Source: an uncultured virus (IMG/VR IMGVR_UViG_3300045738_001030) (taxonomy: Duplodnaviria > Heunggongvirae > Uroviricota > Caudoviricetes). From it: a stretch of 20,000 bases of DNA. The translations under genes were made by a program, and so were the position numbers. The notes beneath the pieces are model-generated. The model ran no database searches. It saw only the letters and a program-made list of their open reading frames with translations, and was not told the DNA's origin. Shown piece after piece: positions 8,168-16,223 of this stretch (the stretch's first letter is position 1; the number at the start of each line of letters is the position of its first letter). Location of the stretch: IMG/VR virus record IMGVR_UViG_3300045738_001030; one strand, written 5' to 3'.

Positions 8168-10006
8168 ATGAGCCTCGAACGATTTATCAAGTTTATTAAA
8201 GAGGGAGAGCCGGTAGCCCCGGGTACTCCTAATCGTCCTTTACGTCAGCTGGATCAAAACGTCCAGTATCTCTGGGATGTAATTCAGGCTGCGGAATTAG
8301 GATCGACCGTCTATGCCCGAGAAGTAGTAATTGAAGCCGATGCTCAAGTGGGTATGCCGGTTTACTGGAATACCGTTGAGAGTCGTTTTGATCGTGCTGT
8401 TGCTGGCATGCAAACGGATGCTACAACAGGCTATTTGATTCAGACGGATTCATCGCATGTGTGGGGTATTGTCGCTGAAAAGCATAGTGCCACATCCGCA
8501 GACTTATTATTGTTCGGGTATGCCAAGATTGATGTGTCTGCGGCTACTGATTCTACGGGTGGTGTTCCTGCCGGTACTTATTACCTGTCGGGAACAGGCC
8601 TTGGGAAATTGGTTCTTCAGAAACCACCAGTTTCAGTTCCCGTTCTTCGTTCTGACGGTGGCGGGAACATCTTTGTTAATCCATCATTCATGGACTCACT
8701 GGATAACCACCAGCATTACAAGTTCGACTTAGTAATGTTACCTGCTGGTGACGTATCTCCTCCTGCGGAAGGGGCCATACATACGATCACCAGTCCGGAT
8801 TCTGATCAGACGGGGTGGTTACCGGCAGATGACGCTATATTTGACAGCAAAGCTCCGGCGGGAGCCAAGTTTGGTTACAACATCAGCGTAGATTATTATC
8901 TGAACAACTTGTGGCCCCCAATACCTGTTCAGAGCGCTGACGTAGAGCTTATACGTCCCTCGATTTATGATTCGGCGGATTTGAAGCTAAGGGAGAAACT
9001 TGCCGGTCAGATTCTTGCTGACATCGTACAAGTCGATAGCAACGGTATCTGGTGGATGACCGATTGCTATGATCAAGTGCCGTGGCCCACAGATTACACC
9101 ACAGGCGATTCCCTGTCATATTCGCTAGATACGTGTCCGCAGGAGTCTGTTCCTGCGATGCTGCTGTACTTTACTAAGGTCAATTTCGCTACGGATATTA
9201 CAGTTGTTCGTAGTTTGAAATCTTTGGATGGACGTCTGAAGATTTATTGTGCTGGAACTACCACAATCGAGTCTGTCGGCGATCTGGAACTTGACTTAGA
9301 TTTGAATTTCGTTATCGGCGACGATGACACAGCTGGTTATTTGGCATTTAAAGAGATTGACGGTAATAGTTTCAAACGTGGTCCTGTGGTGGAAGGCCTT
9401 TATAAGGGCAGTACGAATGTTATTTTGGCCGGAGATGCGTCTAAATCCCTAGTTATTGATGGGGAAACTGAAACTGTTTGGTACGGCAATATCAGTGTCG
9501 GTATTTTAGCTAATCCGACGCAAGAATTAGCTAGCCAGCTTGTCAGGCTTGATGGGGTTACAGAAGAACATTACCCGGTATTGTATTTAGGTTTTCCTTC
9601 GGACGTAGAAACGAGTTTTATAGTCAAATTTGAGATTCCCGCAGATGCCCCTAACACCAAGTTTAGATATCGGCCAAGAATTATTGGTCGTGCTGCTGGT
9701 AACCTTCCAGCTTTGCTAATTGAATACCAGAGAGCTGAACGTCCAGCCGAGGCACCTGTTAATGTAGCCGGTAGTACAGGGGCTACCGGTATTCTCGTGC
9801 CTGATGCTGCGTTCGCCACATTAACCTCAGATACAGCCTTTAGCAGCCTTACCGCGAATTACGCTATTGAAGCTTTGACTGCCGCTGTAGACGTAGTGGC
9901 TGGAGACGTTGTGTATGTCAGGGTGACTCGGGTGAATCCAAGCGGTGATGGTTATGTGGGTGAATTAGGGGTTATGCAACAAAATGGAATTTTATCGTCA
10001 ACCTGA
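8168..10006 (+). CDS. Putative tail fibre/fibre-network protein, 612 aa
   Basis: Likely ATG 8168. N-terminal GEPV...NRPLRQLDQNVQYL resembles baseplate-anchoring N-termini of fibres; followed by a GMPVYW...GIV...YYLS..G.L beta domain seen in virion proteins. Confidence 0.55.
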   Translation: MSLERFIKFIKEGEPVAPGTPNRPLRQLDQNVQYLWDVIQAAELGSTVYAREVVIEADAQVGMPVYWNTVESRFDRAVAGMQTDATTGYLIQTDSSHVWGIVAEKHSATSADLLLFGYAKIDVSAATDSTGGVPAGTYYLSGTGLGKLVLQKPPVSVPVLRSDGGGNIFVNPSFMDSLDNHQHYKFDLVMLPAGDVSPPAEGAIHTITSPDSDQTGWLPADDAIFDSKAPAGAKFGYNISVDYYLNNLWPPIPVQSADVELIRPSIYDSADLKLREKLAGQILADIVQVDSNGIWWMTDCYDQVPWPTDYTTGDSLSYSLDTCPQESVPAMLLYFTKVNFATDITVVRSLKSLDGRLKIYCAGTTTIESVGDLELDLDLNFVIGDDDTAGYLAFKEIDGNSFKRGPVVEGLYKGSTNVILAGDASKSLVIDGETETVWYGNISVGILANPTQELASQLVRLDGVTEEHYPVLYLGFPSDVETSFIVKFEIPADAPNTKFRYRPRIIGRAAGNLPALLIEYQRAERPAEAPVNVAGSTGATGILVPDAAFATLTSDTAFSSLTANYAIEALTAAVDVVAGDVVYVRVTRVNPSGDGYVGELGVMQQNGILSST

Positions 10007-10007
10007 T

Positions 10008-10014
10008 AGGAGGT
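10008..10014 (+). promoter_or_regulatory. Shine-Dalgarno sequence (AGGAGGT)
   Basis: Consensus SD ending 4 nt before ATG 10019. Confidence 0.75.
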
Positions 10015-10018
10015 ACGG

Positions 10019-10978
10019 ATGCCTCTCTCACAATGGAATCTAGAATGGCTAGATCACAATAGCCAAAGAAATTACCCTCTCGCAGAGGATGCGACGGGTC
10101 TTGACAGCACAGACAGCTTCAAGATTCCAGAAGACTTCATAGTCGAAATGGATTTACCTATCCATGCTGCAATGGATATGGACCCCTCTAGGTTCTTTAT
10201 TCGTCAAATTGTGGCTGCTGGCACCGGTTACTCCATCATCGTGTCTTATTCTGGTGATAGCGGTGTTCAGGATGTAGCGTCTGCCAATATTCCGAAAACC
10301 TCGCACACAAGGTGGACGGTATATGCCTTAGGCGGTATCGAGCCTTTTGACGATACTGTCGGCAAAGTCACCATCAACAAGCTGTCTTCTATTGACGCAC
10401 AGCCTCCGGGTCTGTGGGAATTCACTTACGCGGGTTCTAGAATTGAACCAGACACCGTTCGCCCGATCATACGGGGTGTGCAGTCTATTAAAGTTCAATC
10501 TGGTACTGTTAGCAGCGAACGATTTTACGGTGATATTGAGTTAGTGGCTGGTAATAACATTCAACTGACTCCGGTTGCTGTTGAAAGCGGCGTTTCAAAA
10601 ATCATTATTAGTGCTTTAAGTGGTGAGGGGCTGGATGAGCCATGTGTTTGTGAGGGTGACGCAGCTAAGGTCCCCTGCATTAAAACTATCAATGGCGTTT
10701 TTCCAACTCCTCAAGGTGAATTTAATCTTATTGGTGATGATTGTATCGAGTTAGAAGACCTCGCTGAAGCGCATGCGATCAGGATGACTGATGTATGTTG
10801 TGCTCCGTGTTGTGGTTGCGTTGAACTTGAAGCAATTACACAAGACCTCGAACGTTTTAATCAGCAAAAGATTAATTTAGAACTTTTCGTCAACACGTTA
10901 CAGTCATCTGTAACTGAAATGAATATGGTTGTCCTTGGAGCCCGACTGGGTGACAAAGGCTGCATGACTTGTGAGTAA
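10019..10978 (+). CDS. Cys-rich putative virion protein, paralog 1 of 5
   Basis: WLDHNSQRNYPL N-terminal motif, YGDIELVAGNN, CIKTINGV, CCAPCCGC followed by a coiled-coil-like tail; 11 Cys counted. Confidence 0.8.
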   Translation: MPLSQWNLEWLDHNSQRNYPLAEDATGLDSTDSFKIPEDFIVEMDLPIHAAMDMDPSRFFIRQIVAAGTGYSIIVSYSGDSGVQDVASANIPKTSHTRWTVYALGGIEPFDDTVGKVTINKLSSIDAQPPGLWEFTYAGSRIEPDTVRPIIRGVQSIKVQSGTVSSERFYGDIELVAGNNIQLTPVAVESGVSKIIISALSGEGLDEPCVCEGDAAKVPCIKTINGVFPTPQGEFNLIGDDCIELEDLAEAHAIRMTDVCCAPCCGCVELEAITQDLERFNQQKINLELFVNTLQSSVTEMNMVVLGARLGDKGCMTCE

Positions 10979-10984
10979 TATAAG

Positions 10985-12694
10985 ATGGCAGACCCCCGAG
11001 GTCGTCAGCCCATCGGCGTCAATCAGCCGCCGGGTGGCGGCACTAATTATCCATTTAATCGCCCTTCCTCGGATATTCAATATCTACTAGGCGATTTTTA
11101 TCTGTCCTTTACTGATATTACGTGTCAGTACTCTTACCCTTTTCACGTGGAGTGGATGTACGGGTTTGGTACTAACTCTGTAACGCCTCCTTCGGGCTAC
11201 CCCGCTCCTGTTCATACTCGTGACATCATTATCAAGGATGCTAGTGGTGTGACAGTTTTTGACTCTACTCGGGATGGTACTCTGTATTCTGCCAACGTGT
11301 GGGGTACTCGTTTGCTTGTTCATGAGTGGGTTGATTCCGATAAGTACACTGTCTGTCGCTGCACAGAGCACACTGAATGGACTCAAGGGGACATCGATGC
11401 CGGTCTCGACAAAACTTATGACGATTACATCGTTCCTACGGATGGAATACTAGATGCGCGGACGTATAACAGGTTGCCTCAGCGTGTTAATACAATAACT
11501 GTCGGTTTGGTGACTTTAGACGGTCAAATAAGCTTTGAAGAGGGATACAACATTGGGCTGACAGGAACTCTAAGAACTAGTGATATTGCTAAACTGACGT
11601 TGGCGGATATTGGAGTTGAAACGCAATCTGCTGAGGTAATTCCGGGCGAGCGTAGAACTACATACCTAACGTTAGACGCCACGCCGGGGCTTGGTTTAGG
11701 AACTTTTCCAAGTTGCGAGAACCTTGCGGATAATTACCAGACTGATTTGCGTAAATTGAACGGGGTTATAGGTGATGCGTCTGGAAACGTAAATTTGGAT
11801 ACTGAAGATGAGTCTTGTCTGCGTATCCAAAGGCCTACGGTTCTCACGAGTCTTGATCCTCGCGAATTTATATACTACTCACCCCTAGCGCCGGTCGATC
11901 AGCTGGTTCAGTCGAAATCAGCACTTGAGCTTCGAAATGACTGTGGTCCTTGTTGTGATTGCGAATATTTTGCAAGAACTTACCAAGGCTTAAAACGGCA
12001 ATGGTTCTTTTATCAAGATATAGCCACGGATGCGGAAGAAACTCGGGATACTCATAATTCTAATATTCTCCGCTGGAATGCGCAAAAAGAATGCCGTGAA
12101 GCTAGGCCAATTAGCGTATCTACATTGGCAGAGCCTGACTGCAAGATCATACATTCATCAATTTTTGGTAACACTAGCAAATGCTGCCTGCTAAAAGTTC
12201 ATTTTCGGTTTACTTTTTACTACTACCGCGCGGGTGGAATTATTAGTCCGCCTGAGCTAGCGTATTTTGATTGTAAACGCACAGAGATTTTGGGATCTCC
12301 TCAGGGAAATGGGCCGGAGGCTTATACATTAATCGGTGATTACCCGGTGTACGAAACCATTATTGACTACATGGAGCCTCAATCTAACGCCCGTACAACA
12401 TTCAGATTCTGTTTTCCCAGCTGCCTAGAAAATGACCGAGTACAGATACGGACACACATATATTGGGAGGGTGTGCGTACTGAGGCCGAGTATCCAGAAT
12501 GGCCGCTAAAAAACTTAACATGCTCTTATCCGACTGTAGACATCGACGCTGCGCTATACTCCCTTTGGTCTACTTCTTCGTTGGGCGTTCCCTCGGAGGA
12601 TGTGCGGTACGATAAAGACACAAAACTTATAACAACTAACCCCATAAACAAATATTGTGTTCAATGCGATTGTGATAGCGTAAGCATAGGTTAA
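10985..12694 (+). CDS. Cys-rich putative virion protein, paralog 2 of 5
   Basis: NYPF, DGQISFEEGYN, LRKLNGV, DCGPCCDC plus helix, extra C-terminal beta domain; 20 Cys counted. Confidence 0.8.
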   Translation: MADPRGRQPIGVNQPPGGGTNYPFNRPSSDIQYLLGDFYLSFTDITCQYSYPFHVEWMYGFGTNSVTPPSGYPAPVHTRDIIIKDASGVTVFDSTRDGTLYSANVWGTRLLVHEWVDSDKYTVCRCTEHTEWTQGDIDAGLDKTYDDYIVPTDGILDARTYNRLPQRVNTITVGLVTLDGQISFEEGYNIGLTGTLRTSDIAKLTLADIGVETQSAEVIPGERRTTYLTLDATPGLGLGTFPSCENLADNYQTDLRKLNGVIGDASGNVNLDTEDESCLRIQRPTVLTSLDPREFIYYSPLAPVDQLVQSKSALELRNDCGPCCDCEYFARTYQGLKRQWFFYQDIATDAEETRDTHNSNILRWNAQKECREARPISVSTLAEPDCKIIHSSIFGNTSKCCLLKVHFRFTFYYYRAGGIISPPELAYFDCKRTEILGSPQGNGPEAYTLIGDYPVYETIIDYMEPQSNARTTFRFCFPSCLENDRVQIRTHIYWEGVRTEAEYPEWPLKNLTCSYPTVDIDAALYSLWSTSSLGVPSEDVRYDKDTKLITTNPINKYCVQCDCDSVSIG

Positions 12695-12735
12695 TACGCT
12701 CGCACTTAATTGCCAGTTATCCCGAAATGTAACTC

Positions 12736-14349
12736 ATGGCCATCCGTAACCAAGCTTGGTACAACTTAAATTCGACAAGGGATTACCCTCTTGCCGATAC
12801 GGCAAGTGCTATTTCTGACGCAGAAGATAGGTTGCCGCAGACTATCATTACGGATTTGCGTATTCGATGGCCTGATCTGCTGGGCGCATATACGTTTTTC
12901 GGTTCAGTATCCGCTACAAAGGGTGCAGTTACTGCCACTATTTTAGCATCTCCTGACCTCTCTAATGCTGGTTCTTCGTACACCCCCGTGGCGTCTATAT
13001 CAGTCCCGTTGGCTTCTCTAGTAATTGGAAAGCAGTATCCCCTTGAGGCAATGTATCCTGCTGTGTTTGGCTATATTGCGTTCGGAGAGGGAGCGCTGGT
13101 GCCGTGGCGCGGTGCATTTTCTAGTCCGGAGCAATCCTTATTGACTTCCCGCGCAGCACGTGCTCATGCCGCATTACCGGTATCAAGTTTGGGCAGACTA
13201 CATGATGCGGTTGCTTTGACAGGTGTGGTAAATATTAATGCCACTAAGCCTTTGGAGATTGTCAAAGGAGAACGAGATATCGGAGGTATTATTCGGGATA
13301 CCATTATCCTTCGACTCAGGGATGAATCGAATACCGGTATCGAGAGTGATAATACACCGCAAAGAGTATCTGCGTTCGAGGAATATGTGGGTGAATGCGG
13401 GAAACGTCCGGAGTCTAATAATTGCGGTAATCCTATTCCTTTTGAGACGATAAATGCTGTTCCCCCGGATTGCGATGGGATTGTATGTATCAATTTTAAG
13501 GGGTGTGCCACCGTAGGTAAAAATACAGATGATTGCGGTATCGTAGTGGATTGCGATATCGGGTTGTCTGAGACGTGTGATCCTCCTCAAATACCTACAC
13601 TGGAGGGGGTTTTACCTTCAGAGAAGACCCCTTCGATACCTCCGGTTCCTCCTGACCCGGAACCTGACCCACCAGATGCGGAAGACAGTGTTAGTGATAC
13701 CGTAGTCACGTCGATTACTTTGCCATATTGTGATGCTTTTGAAGACGAAATCGCGGATAACTTTTCAGTTATAAGTGGCAGTTGGGTGTTTGTACCGGGC
13801 AATAGCCCTGACGAATTATGCGAGGGAGCTTATAGCTATTCCACTGAATCCGGGGTTAGTGGTGGTACGCAAAATATCTCATTATTCACCGCTGATGCTC
13901 AAACTCTTTATCGTAAATATCAAACTGACATGAAGATAATGGGCGGTGATACGGGCATGAAACGTAATGGAGGCATTATTGTAGACTACAAAGCCACTGG
14001 AGATGGAACTAGCACTTTCTTTCTGCTGGAATTGAGTCACGACGATGCAGAATTTCGTCTCGTGTATTACAACGGCCTTGCTTATGTGCCTCTAGCTACT
14101 CAAGTATTGCCGGAATTGGCATTAGAGTATTGGTATAACCTAGAGCTTCGCGTACATCCGAGTGCGTCTTTAACTGGCATTACATTTCATTGTATTTTGA
14201 CAGGAATTACTGATACAAGTGTCAGCGTAACGATGGATTACACGTCTTCTTGGTCGAATTACCGCGAAGATTCTGAGTTAGCAGGATTCCATACCGATAG
14301 AGCATACGCACGCTTCTCATACTGGAGGGTGTCAGAATACGTACCTTAA
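12736..14349 (+). CDS. Cys-rich putative virion protein, paralog 3 of 5, with Pro linker and C-terminal ConA-like beta-sandwich
   Basis: WYNLNSTRDYPL, FETINAVPPDCDG; Pro-rich linker at about 13582-13680; C-terminal DAF...GSW...GGIIV...WYNLELRV...AGF...ARF pattern like lectin/glucanase (DUF1080-like) folds. Confidence 0.75.
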   Translation: MAIRNQAWYNLNSTRDYPLADTASAISDAEDRLPQTIITDLRIRWPDLLGAYTFFGSVSATKGAVTATILASPDLSNAGSSYTPVASISVPLASLVIGKQYPLEAMYPAVFGYIAFGEGALVPWRGAFSSPEQSLLTSRAARAHAALPVSSLGRLHDAVALTGVVNINATKPLEIVKGERDIGGIIRDTIILRLRDESNTGIESDNTPQRVSAFEEYVGECGKRPESNNCGNPIPFETINAVPPDCDGIVCINFKGCATVGKNTDDCGIVVDCDIGLSETCDPPQIPTLEGVLPSEKTPSIPPVPPDPEPDPPDAEDSVSDTVVTSITLPYCDAFEDEIADNFSVISGSWVFVPGNSPDELCEGAYSYSTESGVSGGTQNISLFTADAQTLYRKYQTDMKIMGGDTGMKRNGGIIVDYKATGDGTSTFFLLELSHDDAEFRLVYYNGLAYVPLATQVLPELALEYWYNLELRVHPSASLTGITFHCILTGITDTSVSVTMDYTSSWSNYREDSELAGFHTDRAYARFSYWRVSEYVP

Positions 14350-14365
14350 ATAGTGGAATTTAAAC

Positions 14366-15196
14366 ATGCCTAGTCAAATCAGACATCCCGAGTGGCGGTC
14401 ATCTCTGGAGGATACTAAGTATCCTTTTGAGCCCGGTGCCAAATTAGTAAATGGATCAGGGGACATAATCCCCCCTGATTCTTTTCTAGACGCACATCTT
14501 TACCCGATAGGGGGAGGGGCTCCTATATATTTGTCCTCCATAGTAATTACCGTAGACAACATTATTTTTCATATCGGCGACAATTCGTCTAATGATATTG
14601 CTTCGGGGTCTATAGCTGTAACGGGGTCAAGTGACACAGTCAGATTAACGGACGCATATGGTCGGCCAGCAGGTATTCTTGTTTCAGAAGCTGCTAGATT
14701 GGGGTTATTTCGTTCATTCGGCATAGGTGAACATGTTTTCACAAAAGAGCAAACTCCATTCGTGGCTACTGTTTGCATGCCGACTCCGCAAATAGGTGTC
14801 AGAGGTATAGTTATTCCCGACGGCACTGTATTCACAGGCCCTGTGTGGATTGTTGGAGAAGATGGCGTCGTCGTCAGCAAAGAAACGGTTACCTCTCCCG
14901 CGACGTGCGATAGAGGAGAGGAGACTTACGAGGTTATTCGAGTAGATGTGGTGGGCGATCCTCTCTTCAGACGACGTCTATGTATTCCCGCTGATCTTTT
15001 CACAACTCCTAATTTTATGCGGGGGATTAGAGTCGTTAATGGATCTGAAGAGTGGGTATGCACCCCAGATGAACACGGTTATTTTTACATTCAAGGTAAC
15101 GATTCGCTTGCGGGAGATCCCGCATTACGTGTCAGAACAACTACCCGGGGCGAATTAAAATTCGAGGTGGTTGGAACTTCAAACTTCGATAGCTAG
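14366..15196 (+). CDS. Putative virion protein, paralog 4 of 5
   Basis: EWRSSLEDTKYPF...IPPDSFLDAHL N-terminus, GVRGI...TGPVWIVGEDG, PDEHGYFYIQG. Confidence 0.75.
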   Translation: MPSQIRHPEWRSSLEDTKYPFEPGAKLVNGSGDIIPPDSFLDAHLYPIGGGAPIYLSSIVITVDNIIFHIGDNSSNDIASGSIAVTGSSDTVRLTDAYGRPAGILVSEAARLGLFRSFGIGEHVFTKEQTPFVATVCMPTPQIGVRGIVIPDGTVFTGPVWIVGEDGVVVSKETVTSPATCDRGEETYEVIRVDVVGDPLFRRRLCIPADLFTTPNFMRGIRVVNGSEEWVCTPDEHGYFYIQGNDSLAGDPALRVRTTTRGELKFEVVGTSNFDS

Positions 15197-15204
15197 GTGA
15201 ACAA

Positions 15205-16209
15205 ATGCCACGACCAAATTGGTACAACGATAACATTAATCGTGCTTTTCCGTTTGAATACAAGACTGTAGGGATTAGTGTTCCTGAGTCTGGTACAGTG
15301 ACAATGGGTGAGCTACCAGACGATTTTATCGCCGATTGCGGGTTTACTATTGGGCCTTCGGCAGATTTTAACAATCTGGAAAAACCCCCAGATTCTGTTT
15401 ATCTAAACAAAATTTCGCGCGTAGGCAATACTGTGCTTTTCGAATTCATAACTACCGAAGGGAGTATGGCTGACTTTCCCCTCATTTTCACTAGAGACAT
15501 TTCAGATGAGGAGTACACCTTAGAGTACTTGGATAGCGATGCTCCTGAGAAACGTAACGAGAGCATTTCGGATTCAGTGGGTGGTTTGTGCCGCGAGCCG
15601 TTTTGGAGTGGGTACTTGGTAACTGGAGACATGTCTTCAGTTGCGTCAAGGTTGTCAGATGGTGGATCTATCTTTCGATCATCCGGTGAAGCCATCGTCG
15701 AGCCAGCTTTGGTAGAGAACCTATCCAATTCCATAGTTAATTCGTTTGAATTAGCCAATTCAGACAGAACACGGTCTACGTCTCCCGATGATTGCGATCC
15801 GATTGAATGGCCTTTTGTCACGGGACTTACTTATGTGAAAGAACGTTGTATACAGGGAGATGTCAAAATAAAGGCAGGTTACAATGTTCGAGTTTCAGTT
15901 AATTTAGGCTCTAATACGATTACACTTTCACCCGCTGTGGGATCTGGAGCGGGGTCTCCTTGCGGGGAAGTAAGTTTGTTTGACGGGGAGGTGCCTCCTG
16001 ACGATGCTACGAACAACTTGTTTGAAGGAGGTTTACTTTGTAATGAGGTCATTCGTGCTATCAACGGTCTTGGGGGTCCCAATTTAAAGGTAGTAGGGGG
16101 ACAAGGGGTCTCGGTAAGTCCCGATCTAGAAAATAATTGTATCAATATTGATGTTAACTTCCTTGGTTTGGACCTGTGTGCGTATTCATACACGTCTGAA
16201 TCGCTCTAG
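15205..16209 (+). CDS. Cys-containing putative virion protein, paralog 5 of 5
   Basis: WYNDNINRAFPF...LPDDFIADC, QGDVKIKAGYN, GSGAGSPC, IRAINGL. Confidence 0.78.
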   Translation: MPRPNWYNDNINRAFPFEYKTVGISVPESGTVTMGELPDDFIADCGFTIGPSADFNNLEKPPDSVYLNKISRVGNTVLFEFITTEGSMADFPLIFTRDISDEEYTLEYLDSDAPEKRNESISDSVGGLCREPFWSGYLVTGDMSSVASRLSDGGSIFRSSGEAIVEPALVENLSNSIVNSFELANSDRTRSTSPDDCDPIEWPFVTGLTYVKERCIQGDVKIKAGYNVRVSVNLGSNTITLSPAVGSGAGSPCGEVSLFDGEVPPDDATNNLFEGGLLCNEVIRAINGLGGPNLKVVGGQGVSVSPDLENNCINIDVNFLGLDLCAYSYTSESL

Positions 16210-16223
16210 TAAGAATTAAACTC

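Noticed and set aside
12695..12735. Largest intergenic gap (41 nt) as a possible promoter or terminator
   Set aside because: No convincing hairpin with U-tract and no -35/-10 pair.
970..16193. Many short alternative-frame and antisense ORFs nested in the main genes
   Set aside because: They overlap well-supported + strand CDSs and have no recognisable motifs; none looked like an embedded lipobox-bearing o-spanin.
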